Position numbers and translations under genes: made by a program
Notes under the pieces: model-generated
What the model was told of the DNA's origin: nothing
The model's input: only the letters and a program-made list of their open reading frames with translations
Database searches by the model: none
Shown here: positions 26,189 to 48,324 of the stretch, piece after piece
Layout: each line of letters starts with the position of its first letter
Position numbering within the stretch: the stretch's first letter is position 1
Source of the DNA: Paramecium tetraurelia
Lineage: Eukaryota
Assembly (NCBI GenBank): GCA_000165425.1
Contig: CT867993.1
Span: 124,001-188,000, forward strand
Direction: 5' to 3'
DNA length: 64,000 bases

Positions 26189-26958
26189 TCATTTCTTCCA
26201 TTGAGAGATTGTTGTAGTTCTCTTCTTAGGTGTCTGCTTCTTAGAAATTGGAGTGGTGGTGGTCTGTGGTGGTGCTGGTAATAATTTCACATTTTAAGGT
26301 GAAGCTGGCATACTGCTTTACATGGAAGAGGAAGTCTTTCTTAAGTATTATCCCATAAGAGACTTCAATTCTTCTTTTAATTTCATGTTCTCCTCATTTA
26401 ATTCTTCGATCTTGACACTCTATGAAAATTTGGCTTTTTGACTCTCAAATTCAACATCCTCCAATTATTATGAAAACTCTTAAGTTTGTTTACTTTGCAA
26501 CTACAATTGTCCAGTCAATGTTTTAACAGATGATTCAAGAGCCCCTATCTATTTAAGCAATTATGAATCATGCTCTTGTAATTGCGTTATTCTTTGAGTT
26601 TGTTCATTCTTAGAAATGAGTGCTTCTTGCAATTGAGTCTATAAATTCTTAATTTAAGATTCGTAGGACTCGATTCTTTTTTGACATTACATCAATTTCA
26701 TATTGAATTAATCCTATTATTTTAAAATCTCAGTGGAAGGTCGATTATTTTACACATTCAAATCATTTAGTACATGCATAATAGTTCCATTCATTTTTTA
26801 TATATTACAATTGCGTTCTTCTGTCTCCTTTAACTTTAATTCTAACAACTGGTTCTTTTGCATCAAATGGGCATTTTCAGTTAAAGCCTTAGTCAATTGT
26901 CTAATATTATATATCAAATAATCTACTTTTTTAGTTCGCCTATTTCAGCAACGTTCAT
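26189..26958 (-). CDS. Coiled-coil hypothetical protein
   Basis: Starts MNVAEIGELK, has a 26-nt intron, continues QLTKALTENAHLMQKNQLLE and ends ...PKRRTTTISQWKK*. Confidence 0.75.
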
Positions 26959-27619
26959 TTTATTAATAATTTAATATTACAGAATTGAAAAAATTGAATT
27001 GAATAAAAGAAACATAGAGTATTATTGCTAAAAAATATGTGTTGATAAAAGGATCAGTACTTATTTTCATTATCTTTAAGATATTTGTTAAAATTGATTA
27101 CAATCACAAGGAGAATTAGTATAGATGAAGTATCAACTGAAAAAATATTTCTAGAGTAAGATATATCCTTATTATTATACTTATACTTGATGATACCTCA
27201 TTGAATTTAATATAATGATTACTTTCTAAATAAGGGACTTTAAATTTTATTATTTAATAATACTATTGAAAAAACACTTTATTTTCTTGATGTGTTATTA
27301 ACAAATAATTTAAAGATTGAATTTTCTGGTGAATAAAATTATCATAAGTTAATTTTTATATCATCAGTTCAAGATTTAATTTTCTCATTTAATTCACTAT
27401 TGTTCATTGTATGACTTTACTAACTTAATAAATATAATAAATATTAATTTAAATAACAACTTAGAAAATCATTGTATGTTAGAATTTAAAGATTAAATTC
27501 TTATCTTTATGCTATTAGAGATTAGATTTTGATTAAGAATTTTAAATGTCGAAAGTAGAGCAAAACAAAACCGTTTATTATATTTTTCAATAGTTATAAA
27601 ATGTTTATTTGTTGTATTC

Positions 27620-28611
27620 TCAGAATCCTTTGGCACTCATAACTCTTCTAATGTTCTATTTGAAGCATGTTATTGAAGGGGTCGGTCTTGATAATATGTC
27701 TAAATGGTTAGGCTTGAATCGTTCTTTTCCTTTAGGCCATTCTACTCTTTTCTATGGTTTCTGTGGATCAGGCTTGTATGTAACTGATTCAAATTCTCCT
27801 TCAAAGCCCTTTTTTCCCGGATTGGAAGGTTTGAAGTTTTATTCATGTTTCATTATATGCATATCATGATGCTTTTCTTTGTTTGGAGGAGGTGCCTTTC
27901 CATCAAATCCAAAAACCTATTTGTCCTTATTGAAGTTCTCTCCTCCTGCAGCAGTAGTCTTGAAGGCTACTTCCTTTTCCTTTTTTTTGGCGTCCATTTA
28001 TAATTTCTATGATAAAAACAATATGGATACCAATTAATATTGGTGAAATCTGTCGTATTCATCTTTTTAATGAGGGTATCCCTTAGACAAGTCCTTGTTG
28101 GCAGGGTTTGTTGTGATATTACGAGGAGCTGACCACACTCTGCCATCAGCAGTTTTATAGTTTCTTGTTCTTTTCATGTCATAATCCTTCATGTGAGGCC
28201 AAGCTCCTGTAAGCAACTCTTTATATCCAGATGCAGGCTTGAAAGGCTAATCCTTAAATAAGATCTTCTTTGTCTTCTCCAATTCATATTACAAGTATTT
28301 TCTTTACGGATCAGTATAAGGATCACCAATAGAATTGAAAGTAGCCTAGCTAAAATAGGAGCTCTTAATTCTTCCACTTTTGGGGGCTCCAATTTTAACA
28401 TTAGTTAACTCAGTGATGGGTTTCCCATTTTCACCTCTGGGAGCTATTAAAATTTAATATCAAATATACGTCTCTTTTTGAAATCGTAACTGTCATCTCC
28501 TAACCCAAGTGGGACTGGAGAAGAAAATAATGCAAATCTCTATTTCTTAGCTTGCAATTCTGCATCTTACAGGATTTCTTTTTTCAATTACTTAGTTTAC
28601 TCATCACTCAT
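27620..28611 (-). CDS. CFAP96: Cilia- and flagella-associated protein 96 (C4orf47/DUF4586 family)
   Basis: Translates to RFALFSSPVPLGLGDD...KSSYFS...IGDPYTDP...FKPASG...PRNITTNPANK...PFKPSNPGKKG. Confidence 0.75.
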
Positions 28612-28659
28612 TTTAAAATAAAAATATAATTAAAAGGAAATCTCATCTCTAAGAATTAT

Positions 28660-29063
28660 ATGTCTATGTATAAAAGCAATAATAAGTATATGGATAAAAT
28701 TGAGATCAAAATATGGTTAATTATAGAAGCTCCTAGATACTAAAAACAACCATATTTAGTCATTCTTATAAACCTGCCAATTCTAACCTTATATGATTTT
28801 GTAGAGATAGTATAAATATTATCTTAATCAACTTTTACCACTTAACTTTATGACAATTTTCATATTAGTTAAGGAGTTATTTCTATATCAAAGATTTTAT
28901 ATTGTGAATCAGAGACAATAGGAGTGCTTTTACTATGATTTGATTGCTCCTGTGAAATTATAAATTAAGTAACCCTTTATGCTCTAAAGAGATGGAAATT
29001 AAATAACAAGAGGCAATAGAGGATTATGAAGTTGAGGAGCTTGATTTAGAAGATTAAGACTGA
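28660..29063 (+). CDS. Small hypothetical ORF or decayed gene with an acidic C-terminus
   Basis: An open stretch runs from ATG 28660, and a terminal KEMEIKQQEAIEDYEVEELDLEDQD* lies in a different frame. The join is not resolved. Confidence 0.3.
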
Positions 29064-29101
29064 AATTATTATGCATATCTTATTTATTTATGTGATTGTT
29101 C

Positions 29102-29412
29102 TCATAATTATGTTACAGTGTTCGGGACTGTCCTTTGGTACAATAAGACTTGCTTTGAATAAAAATCAGGCACAGCTTAATATTCCACTTTTTGCTAATT
29201 GCTCATTTCTTAAATTGTACTTTTTTATATAGATATGGGAATGTGATGCCATTGAAAGTGTTCAAGTAAATCAAAAGACTTCCCCCCACGAGCAGACCTA
29301 GGTAGGCTTGGATTCCGACTCTAGCCCCATAGTAGACAGGATTCAATCTGAATTTCAATGAAGAAGGGAAATTCTTGCTCAATTATTCAAACTTGCTATT
29401 ATCCATGGCCAT
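29102..29412 (-). CDS. Small single-pass membrane protein (~94 aa)
   Basis: Translates to MAMDNSKFEQLSKNFPSSLKFRLNPVYYGARVGIQAYLGLLVGGSLLIYLNTF.... One 26-nt intron; codons are GC-richer than the surroundings. Confidence 0.75.
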
Positions 29413-29656
29413 TTTTATAAATAAATAATAATATTCAGTTTAATGTAGTGTATTTACTTTTATCTCCTCATTTCCAAAGTTTCAGACCTATTTATAATTT
29501 CTCGATTATGGTATCTCCTAAAATAGGCTCTATTAATTTACCTCTAGTATTAGAGGTGTCAGTATAGTGTCCATAAAACCAGAATTTATAGAAGGATCTA
29601 ATTTCTTTAATTCCCTACAATCATTTATTAAATAAATAACTGAATTTCTATTTTGA

Positions 29657-30849
29657 ATGAGTGAAATCAACGAGTCCTTAATAGAAGCACCTCTGAAAGC
29701 CTTACTTGAAGAGGTAAGACATTTGTAATAACTGGAAGGTATTGTTCTGCTTGGAAAGCTACTTGGAGGGTTAGAGTGACCTAAAGCTAATTGAAAATCA
29801 ATTAAAGGATTACGACACATTGCCTGGCCTAGTTAAAATCATCGGCAGTGTATTCAAGACTTTGATGAAGAAAGTCGAGAAAAAGATGACTCTTCTTAAA
29901 CTTAATTTAAATGATAATAGTTCTCATCAAAGTTATCACCCAGAAGAAGAATATGAAAAATTGGAGCAAATTATACAAAAATACGAAGCCGAAATAAGAG
30001 GACATTTTAGTGTAACATGAGTTTGATTAGTTCTTTTAGATCGAATAATAGCTTAAGCTTTATAACGATAGTTTGCTGTAGAAGATAGAAGATCTAGAGA
30101 AGTCCCATAAGGAAACAATAGAATAATTAAATAAAAAAATTTATGTATGTGTTTCTAATTTGAAATTTAGGCCTTAAAAAAGGATCTCGGAAAGTCAACA
30201 GAGAGCTATCGGTAACTTATCAAAGAGAATGAACAATTACGAGAGTCAGTAGATCATCCACACATTGTACATACAGATAGTGAAGTAAATGGCAGGGTGA
30301 AGGATAAAAAGTAATTTGAGCTAAATTTATTAGTTTTGTCATTCAGATCATAGATTGAAAAGAGCTGACTATAGTAGTGAATATCCAGCATCAATTGCCA
30401 ATCTATATCCTTAGAATTCTATGAGAAATTCTACACCTTTGAAATCATAATCTCAACATCATAAATATGGAAAATTTAATAACTAAATTTAGCGTAGGAG
30501 CGCTCAAGAACAAGATTTATTTACTAAATATAACCAACTGCTCAAATAACATGCTTAATCTATCTCTTAAAGATCTTAGATTATTCAAGCAAGTCAATAT
30601 TTACTAAAAGGAGGGTTCACAAATAATCAGAAGAACACTAGGAATACTTTGAATGTAATTTCTGATATTTGCAATGCCTAATAATTAAAATCTTCTTAAA
30701 GAAACAAAAGTCAGGGCAGCAGTTCAAAGGCAGGAGGCAATAGTTCTCAAAATCATTTAATCTCTAACCATAAGTCAGGACATCATAAGATGATATCAGA
30801 TACATCCAAAACTAATGAAGCCATTTAAAGATTACTAAAACTCAAATGA
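29657..30849 (+). CDS. Ciliate-type coiled-coil protein
   Basis: Translates to MSEINESLIEAPLKALLEE...YEKLEQIIQKYEAEIRGHFS|IEQQLKLY. Several tiny introns; TGA at 30847-30849. Confidence 0.75.
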
Positions 30850-30894
30850 TTTTTATTTAAATAAATTATTGTAGTTATAGAAATATAATAAAAT

Positions 30895-33800
30895 TCAGTT
30901 ATTGTCTTCAGAGGAATAATCATCAAATTGAATAATATCATTGAATTCTGATGGAATCAAACTATCTACTAATTTGTTGATGTATAACTATCTTGTATCA
31001 CTATCAATGATTTTATATGAGATCCATATGCTTTATCGTCTATCGTCATTGGTCAAAGCCTAATGTGAAAATAAATGCATTACTTATTCTAACTTTTTTA
31101 TGATACTCTGGAAGTACTCGATTTCATCCTCTGCCGCATATTAAATCCTGTTAATTAGCCTTTCCTTAACATAACTCCAATTCTTATGCAAATCCTCTAT
31201 GCTTTTGATTGGGTCTTCTTCAATCACACTGTTTGCAAAGTTCTAAAGGGATTTGATTAATAAATATAAATACAGTGAATTTCTCTTCGGAAAATAAGTT
31301 ATGTTCTATTGAAAACGTAATGAATCTATCAAATGACATTGCTCTTTCTCCCTCATTATTGGATATTAAATCGCATCTAGATATAAATTATCTTTCCATA
31401 ATGCTCTCAGGAATTGAATTGCCTTGGCAAGATTCAAAATAATAGTATAATTTCTTGAATTCTTAGTACTCCATCATATTATCTAAATCCATATCAGCAG
31501 AATTAAAAACTTCTTAATAGTGTGTCATATGCATCTTCTTAACAATCTAATAACCTAAACAATAAGATTAATTTTTACCTGTCAGAATTCTGCTGATGTA
31601 ATAGTCATAGTCAATGTAAGGCTTCAAATTTCTCTCTATGTAATTCATTTTAATATCTGAGATGATATTATTTCTATATTCTTAGGGTATTTAAGAATGG
31701 GTCTGATCAAGAATCTGAATTGCTTTTTCAACCAAAATAAATTATCCCTTGATTTAATGATATTTATACTTTATCTGTGTCTAGTGTTTGATTCTCCTCA
31801 TCCAACTACTTTAAGGTTTTAATGTATATCTCGAGATCATCTACTGTCAAAGAACTATAAAGTTGTAGGAATCTTCCAAATAAATTAATTCTTATGTTGT
31901 CCCTATGTACAAAAATTGATTCATAAAAACTAGTCAATTTCTGTTCTGCTATATTTTTAAATCCGTAAGTGTTAAAAAAGTATTCATAACAAATGATGTG
32001 TAATGATGTTTTATTTTAAGTTTATTTTAACTTTTCTCCATAAAATTAAGTAATGAATTTTAAGACATTGCCCTTTTTCATTTTTGAAGTGATCTCCTTT
32101 TAATTAGTAGCAAATTTAGTAGCCAATTATTTAATTATATTATTTCTCAGCATATTTAACCCAGGACTGTCAATAGACTACTTATTTTAGAATTCTTATG
32201 AAATATTAAGAGATCTTACTTGGCGCTTATGAAAAATAAGATTTCTTATTTTATCCGATCTTTCTTTTCCTTTGTTTGATTTCTTCTAATTTCATGTTAT
32301 ACTCTGAATCATCGCTATCTGAATCACTAGAACTGAAGTTCTAATTGATAAAGTTTGTTATGGTTTCTTAAAGGAATTGGACCTAATCATTTTGCTAAGG
32401 CATAACAGACCCTTTCTTTTATATCTTTGATCCCTTTTTGGCTCCTTGATTAGAAGGCAATTGCTAGTTTTTAATATTAAGTAATATTTACAATTTTTTA
32501 GGTAGGCCTTGACTTTGACTAATTTGATGCTTTACTTCTTGGAGTCAATTACATATCGGTGCCTTCCTATTATTTGATTATATATAAAAAATACTTCTTC
32601 ACTTTACTATTAACTAGGTTATTGACTAGGTAACTGACTAGTTTACTGAGATGGAATTTTCTATGATGCAAATTAGTTATCTTCGGGTTCAATTACAGAG
32701 ATGTTATATTGAGAAGAGAATTGTTTTTCTTATTAGACTGAAGGTAATTCTAAAGTGTTTTAGGATTAAGCGTGTCGATATTACATTACTTGTTATTATT
32801 ATGGTTATTGAACTAAATTCTTTTTACTTGATTATTTCTTCAGAGAGGTTTTCTCTGGAATAGGCAATAATTCCTCTTTCTTTTCCAATTACAATTATTG
32901 TTCACTTTGTTAGGTTTGCACGAAATTCACAGGTTAACTAGTAGTGATCATAGATCCTAAGGGAGAAACGTTTGAGATTCTTTATTTTGAATTACTTTAA
33001 ATTGGACCTAATGTACTTAATCTTTTATCTTAAATTCTTTTTTTCATGATTTCAGCGAATTTATGAGTTTAGGTGAGTTAGACAACAAGAGTTTACGATT
33101 TTTCAACCATGTTCGTTTTGATGGACTTCAATTTTTAATACTTTTTTTCAATTTTATCATTTATCTTTATACATTTAAGAAATACCTTTTCGTAAATTTC
33201 CAATTGATTTTCCAACTCTCCCATTTCTTGATTGGCAAGTTCATTAGCTCTTTCTAACTCAGCTACTTTTTTTTACTTCATAAAATAAGATATAAGTACG
33301 TATTATTATAATTACTCTTCTTTTCTATTATTTTCATCCTTAAATGTACTATTAACTAAAATTAAATTAGTTCTAATTTCCTTTTATTTGCTAATGTTTT
33401 CTTTCATTGAATTTTAAAATTCATCTAAATAGTCATATAACTCTTTCAATTTAGGTTATTGTCCCTTCTCTATTTGGTGCAATATTTATTGGTATTGTTC
33501 TGTAGCTTATTAGATAGCTTCATGTAGTTACAAAAGATGTTCTTCCTCCAATTTGATAGATTCCAAAAGTTCCTCTGTAAACTCTGTTTGAGTAACCTTA
33601 GTAGATTTATTTAAGTAAGATATTTCAGTCTAAATTATCTGTTGTCTTCTGTCTCTCAATTCAAATCTACAAATTATTCAAATGCTTACTTAGGAATAGA
33701 AATAGTTAGACTCTTCTTCTCTATTGTTTAGATTTCCACTTCCTTTCTTAACTACAAAATCTAATTTAAATCATCTGTATCTGTAGCTCTTTCCTCTAAT

Positions 33801-35173
33801 AATATTTCGATATTGCTGAATGAGGCACTATCATTTAGTATTTTCTGCATTTTCTCTTACTATGTCGGTTATTGTTCTGCATTCTAGAAACTCTTTCTCT
33901 TCATTGGCTTAATCACAGGCAATTGATATTATGGGATCTAATGAATCACCAATTGTTTTTATGTTCCAGCCCTCATGATCTTCTTCTTAACTAGCCCCTA
34001 TTCATACTCTATTTTAGGTTGATATTGGTTGGACATTTAAAATTGTTCATACTGAAACTGCACATTTCTTTAGTACTCATGCAAATCATCAGTTATCTTC
34101 TCTATCTAATCAGAATATTGTTTATTTTCAGTTTTCAAATCCTAAATCTCTACTTTCAATGTCTTTATTTAAGAATTCAAATATCGATTATTTTTTTTTA
34201 AATATTTTGTATTTCCTTTCAACTTCATCAATCTTTCCATAATTTAATCCATATCTGACTTTTGATTCTTCAAAATCATCAAATATTTGTCAATCTCAAT
34301 TTGATACGCCTAATGAGTTTTCATTACTTCCTGTAAATGATCCTTCTCTAATGTGTTGTTTTATTCGAGAACTGACTAATATACTGATTAGTTTATCTCT
34401 ATGTATTGATTCCAAATCTTCTCCAAAAGTACACTATTATACGTTAAGATATACTACCTCTTCTCAATACAATCAAATGAAATCTATCTAATCAACTCCT
34501 TCAAACAAAGAGTAAAGATTTACTATAGATCCTCGTACATGTTTGCTGATTGTCCTTGATTTTTCTCTACTGCCTACTCAAGCATTAGGTCAGTCCATTC
34601 TGCAAGCATCTGGACATCGTGTCTAATTATTGAATCATTTCCCATACTTGAGGGGTATGCCTCGGTGGATCTTATCTTTGACCACTCTTTTAGTAAGGTT
34701 ACTGGAAAATTTGGATAAGGGAATGACCTTATCCATTTGCTCTAATGGTAGAACCACCTTAGCTTAAGAGATCTCTATCTTTTCTATTCATATACTGTAC
34801 TTTTGGATGGATTCCATGGCAATTCCTCTAGTTTTTTAGGGTATCTATATGGATCCTAACTATTCAGTTAACCAAAAAAATCATTTTTATCCATTCTCTT
34901 CAATTTGTCTATTTAATCCAGCTGACCATCTCTCAATAGAGGCGACTGATAGTAGGTCTTGAATAATCAGTAAATTCGTACAGACTAAGAAATAGTTTTA
35001 GATTTTTCCAATCTTGAACTTAAAGAAGCCTAATTGATTTCAGTTTTGACTCTCTGACTTTAAGATTGGTATTGGGAATATTGCGTATTGATCTTAATAA
35101 GCCTTTCAGAATTTTGATTCGGATTCTTTGAAATGAATCCATTCTTGAATTAATGAAATTTAGTCTCTTCCAT
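30895..35173 (-). CDS. Large protein with an N-terminal axonemal dynein light chain (Ax_dynein_light)-like domain, coiled coils and a C-terminal EF-hand-like region (AXDND1-like)
   Basis: The motif HDVQMLAEWTDLML...IFTLCLKELIRQISFDCIEKSVLLEKIWNQY resembles the p28/DNALI1 motif. Later segments include YGFKNIAEQKL...RINLFGRFL and ADMDLDNMMEYQEF. Ends DDYSSEDNN*. Not every intron was verified. Confidence 0.65.
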
Positions 35174-35989
35174 TTATAAATTAAAATAAATAAATATTTG
35201 ATAATGCCGATGTTAAAGTATTTTTCCTTCAAAAGTGATCATAAGTACGATTAATTCCAATGATATCTCTCCACATCTACAATTATTGAGAAATTGCCAT
35301 CCATAAATGAGTATATACTTAATGGAGTCATACACAGAATAACAAGTCAGGTAAAAACACTTCATTGTATTTTAATTAATTTGAATATACACTTCACATT
35401 AAGTGATTATATAATTAAATAAATTTTGATTAATTTATTCTAAAGTTGAGATCACAAATTAAAAGATCTTAGAGACACATATATATTATCCAATGAAACT
35501 TTGAGGATAGTCCTTGCATTCTGAAGGGATTTGTTTATTATTATTACAATTTTGATTTTTAATTATAATTTAATAATCAAAAAGGCTAATTATATTATTA
35601 GAACCTTTTATTCACCGAACCTAATACTTATATTATTAAATTTTACATCAAGTTCCAAATATTATACTAAATATTTCAAGACTTCTTATAAGTTAGATGC
35701 TAACTCATTTTGATCCTACTTATAACTAAAACCAATAGAGATATTAATTAAGATATTTAAATTTCAAAGATTTAAACTATGAATTCTTTCCTTTATAAGA
35801 AAAAGATAATTGAGAAAAGTCATCGACTGAGATGTGTGTTTCATATTATTGCAATATATATGTATATATATGATGGTATTATTTAGTTATGTGATGTCTT
35901 AAAATAAATGAATAAAAATCAAATTTTGTGTTAACATAATTTAACATAATTAATTAATGTTATAATTGGTACCTCATTATCATGTTGAA

Positions 35990-44124
<8,135 letters not shown>

Positions 44125-44162
44125 TTTATATATAAAACATATGTATTTTTAACATCATAGTT

Positions 44163-44865
44163 TCACTTTAGATTTTAGATGTTATGTGATCTTTTCTACA
44201 AATTATTCATCCTCAACTTATAAATGGTCTTTTTTTATTTCCTGAAAGGGCAATTGGGTCAGCTACTTCAAATTGGGCAAGTTAATTTAGAAAATTCTGT
44301 TTCGCCAACGGGTTGACCAACTACTCCAATATTTCTTTTTTCTTTTCCCTGAGAAAATCTTTAACTTGAGACATCATCAGTTGTTTAGAGTATTAGTCAA
44401 GCTTCTATTGGGTTTCTGCCAGAGTCTAGCCATTATGTGATATTTCTGACGACTATTGGTTTATCTTGATCATAGGATGAATGAACTAAAGATTCTCTAT
44501 AGCATAATCACTGTTTCTTTTGATAACATACAAAAATATATTACTTTGTTTTGTCAATCAAAGCAATTACTGTGGTGTTTAACAATTTCACTTTTCTATC
44601 CCGAGTTGATTTCTTGCCAATTCTCCCTTCCTTCAAATAGACTTACAATATAGCTTTAACAGTAGAAGGTTTCAACTAAGTTTCTTCAGAAACCTATTTA
44701 TTATTATTATACACTTATTTACTTCCTTCAAAGTCTTTCCATTCTTCGTTAACTCATTTATTATTTGCGTCCTTTGTTCTTGTGAGATTTTCTTATACCT
44801 AAAAGTAAAACTCATCCTTACTTCATGTTGCGAGATCCCTTTCTAATTTTTTAGCTACTATTCAT
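44163..44865 (-). CDS. Ciliate helix-turn-helix (homeodomain-like) DNA-binding protein
   Basis: Translates to YKKISQEQRTQII...KTLKEVSEETQLKPSTVKAILQVYLKEGRIGKK. Tiny introns. Confidence 0.75.
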
Positions 44866-45189
44866 TTATTATTTAATTAATAGATAAATTTAGCGATTTC
44901 CAAACGATTAAGAATGGTTACAATAATATCTTTTTCAACATTTTAGCATTTTATATAATAAATCCAAGAAGTATTGCCATCCGCTAATATGTCCTCAAAT
45001 TCATTCTCAATATCAAATTGTTAGAATTAAAAAACAGAGGATGAAATTTGAATTTATATTTTAGTGACAAATTTATTTTAGAATGACATATTGAAATATT
45101 AGAAGAATACATAAAAAGGAATTAAAAGCACAATATATTAATATTACAAGAATTAAATTCTTATTCAAAAATTAGAGAATATAAAAATT

Positions 45190-45790
45190 TCATTAATAAA
45201 TGCACTCAAATATTTCAAATGCGTATCAGCAGTGTCGTAATTCACAATTCCCTTGTTATTTTTCTTGCTTTGAACCTCCCCTTGCAATAATATTATAAAT
45301 ATTTTTTGATAAAAACTCCTGGATCATTCACCATTCCTCATACTAACACACTTAAATAAGACATTACTTAATAAAGTAAACCCAAAAGATTTATCCAATT
45401 AAAATCAACTGTCTGAATATTGAAAGCAAAATCCTATTCCAAGTACAAAATATATGAATCAAAATGAATGCAACATGAATATGCTATCAACAATCCCCAC
45501 TTTAGAATTAATTGCAATAATTGATGTCCTTGTTAAAGAATGCTGGTGATCGAGTTTATCTAACTTTAATTTTGTAAGGAAAAGTTAAAAAATGTTTTAG
45601 ATAAATTTTGGATAAATATATGATTGTCTCACACTTTTTACTACTGTCGTTTTGAATTATATAGGGTAAATATTTTTATTTCACATTTTTCACTCTTTGG
45701 AGAGCGGAAATAGCTTACATTCTTGTCTGCAAGTCAGAATTAAATATTTAGTTTGACACCAAATTTGTTATTTTGTTTTGATGAGCCCAT
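45190..45790 (-). pseudogene. Probable decayed gene remnant (hydrophobic segments)
   Basis: Protein-like fragments such as LDHQHSLTRTSIIAINSKVGIVDSIFMLHSF*FIYFVLGIGFCF are interrupted by TGA codons and frameshifts. Confidence 0.3.
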
Positions 45791-46012
45791 TTAATGATTC
45801 AATCTTATAAGAGAATAAGGGAATAGTAGAGTACATTGAGTTTAATATTATTGATCACTATGATTTAATCATAAATTAAAGATAGAATATTAAAATAAAA
45901 ATATTTTATTTATTTTATATACTAAATTATGAAAGATTTATTTTCCAAATGAGGTTTAATTTATTGATGGAATGTAACAATCCATATCTTTAAGTTATAA
46001 ATATAATAAATG

Positions 46013-48146
46013 TCATGAAATATTTTCTTTGTCTATTATATTGATATACTGACTTCCATATAAATTGATCGTAGTTATTTGAGGATCATTTATCAGTCTA
46101 GACTTTTTTATTGAGGAAATCTGAGAGATTTCTGATTATTCCACTTTTGATATAGAGGCTTATATAAATGGCGATATTACTTATATTTCGAATTGAGGGC
46201 TTCTTTCTTAGAGGGGATCTTATTGGAGATTATCTAAATATTGAGTTTACTGGAGAACGCTCTCTTGAAGCCAGTATCTATTTAATATGAGATAGATTTG
46301 AAAATCTTGGACGATCAATCATGTCAAATAATTAGGATTATTAAGATAAGGTATTTTGGGTATTTAAGTGAGTTAACGATGATTTCTTTTTGATTTACGA
46401 AGTACTTGTTGATGAAGCAAATGATGAAGGGTATGAACAATCAGAGTCATTATTGGTTGTATACAAAGAGGGATTTTTCGACTTTATTTGATCTAACAAT
46501 AACTATTACTATTAAATTTGTGAATCCTTTGATTGTATATCATCATTCTACAGGATAATTATAATAATAATACTTTTGATTAGAGTACTTGTTTTAAATT
46601 CAATATCTCTTTTTGTGATTCCTCATATTTCACCTTCCAATAATCAATGTATTATTATTACTCCTCAGTTATTTAAAGTAATAAGGACTTCTAGAGTTGC
46701 TTCTATTTTAAATTAACTTTTAATGCGTTTTGTAATTATTATTCTATTTCTTAGTTTTATTTTTAGGCAATCATTAGATTATGATACATTTAATCATCAT
46801 TGATGGAATTTGAATTGTTCTACAAACTCATTGAATAGATTTCCTCAATTTGATATTGATTTTGAAGAATATTGTTCTGTATTTCAATGAGAGAATTATT
46901 AATTTCATGATACTCTTCAATATTACTGTAAATATCATTGTAGATTTTGGTTAAATACAGTTGTTTAGTACTCATTTCAGAATCACTGATATTTGGAAGT
47001 ATAAGGATCTTTTCTTCACTTATTTATTAATGCAAAGACTTTTGAATCTGCTTTTTTATTTGGGTAGCTCTGCTGCTATACTATAGAGTGTTCAATATTT
47101 CATCATATTGGCATTTATTTTATTATATGCAAGAAATCATTATAGTTCTAGTATTGCCACCTAAGGAATCTTGCAACAATCTGGTTAATTTTGAGTTTCT
47201 ATATGGAATGTATTAATTTTTCTTTGATTTATCAGATAAGATAGTCAAGCAATTGCTCAAGGCCAAAAGAGATCTGTTGATATTGGAACCTTCCTATTGG
47301 TTCTTGCTCTTTTGGTCTTAATAAACCCTTTCTGACCCTGCTAGATCAACAATAAAGAGCTTCGGTGTAATAGTTTACCTAATGATAGGAGATCTAAGTC
47401 AATACCCTTCGAAACAATAGGATAGGTTAAATTAAATTAATGCATGTGATCTTGATGAATAAACATTGTATATGGTTTAAGCCAAACTTCTATTTTAATT
47501 TGCAATGTTTATCCCTTCTTTCACCTAATGGATTATAATACAAAACAATACATCATTTATGCTGTTAATTTTAATTGCTTGTAATCCTTAAATGTATGAC
47601 CCCTTTTAATTGTCTTACATAATCATCAAAGGTTTTGGTTGGTCTGACATCAGATCTCTTATGGTTTCATTGTAGACTTCGATAAAGCTCATTTCCATTT
47701 AGACATTAGCATCTGGACTAATTAATAATATTGAGCTAGCTCACCTCATATACTTCATTCTGTTCACCAGATAATTGATGCATTTAAATGACAAGCCTTC
47801 ATCCTTTTCGTTTCCAAAGATTGTATGAGTTTTACCTGAACCTGTTATACCGTATGCTAAAATTGTCGTGTTGTAACCTTCAACAAAGTGATCGAGATTA
47901 TGCTGTTATTTTAATATATATATACTCTTAATGATTGATCAAAAATATCCTCATTATTTTGGACTCCACTGAATATCTTATCGAAAACAAAGGATTTACC
48001 ACTTTTACCATCTTTTCTAATTACAATTCTATTGTCATTCAAATCCTCAATCAAAGTTTCTGTGCTAAACTAATAAGCTTGCAGTTTTTACCAGTTCTCC
48101 AATAAAGGTTTGATTCTCAAGTATACTTGAAATGGTTAATTAGACA
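46013..48146 (-). CDS. Kinesin motor protein (N-terminal motor, kinesin-8-like)
   Basis: Motifs FQVYLRIKP, FVFDKIF, AYGITGSGKTHT, EVYNETIRDL, NVYSSRSHA, IVDLAGSER, NINRSLLAL, IPYRNSKLTRLLQDSLGGN. Confidence 0.95.
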
Positions 48147-48324
48147 TTTTTATTAGCAGTTAAATTAAAATATTTATTCTTAAAAATTGATATTATTTTC
48201 AGACTAATTTTCAATTTATGCTTTTCAAACAATTTACTAAATTATTCTCATCACATCCCATATGGATAATAAACATCTTGCTTTTAAAATTCTAATTTTC
48301 ATAATTATTTTTTATTTATTTAAT

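Noticed and set aside
35485..35532. Possible C/D-box snoRNA (ATGAAA...CTGA with a short flanking stem)
   Set aside because: It is too short, the C box is non-consensus, and I could identify no rRNA-complementary guide.
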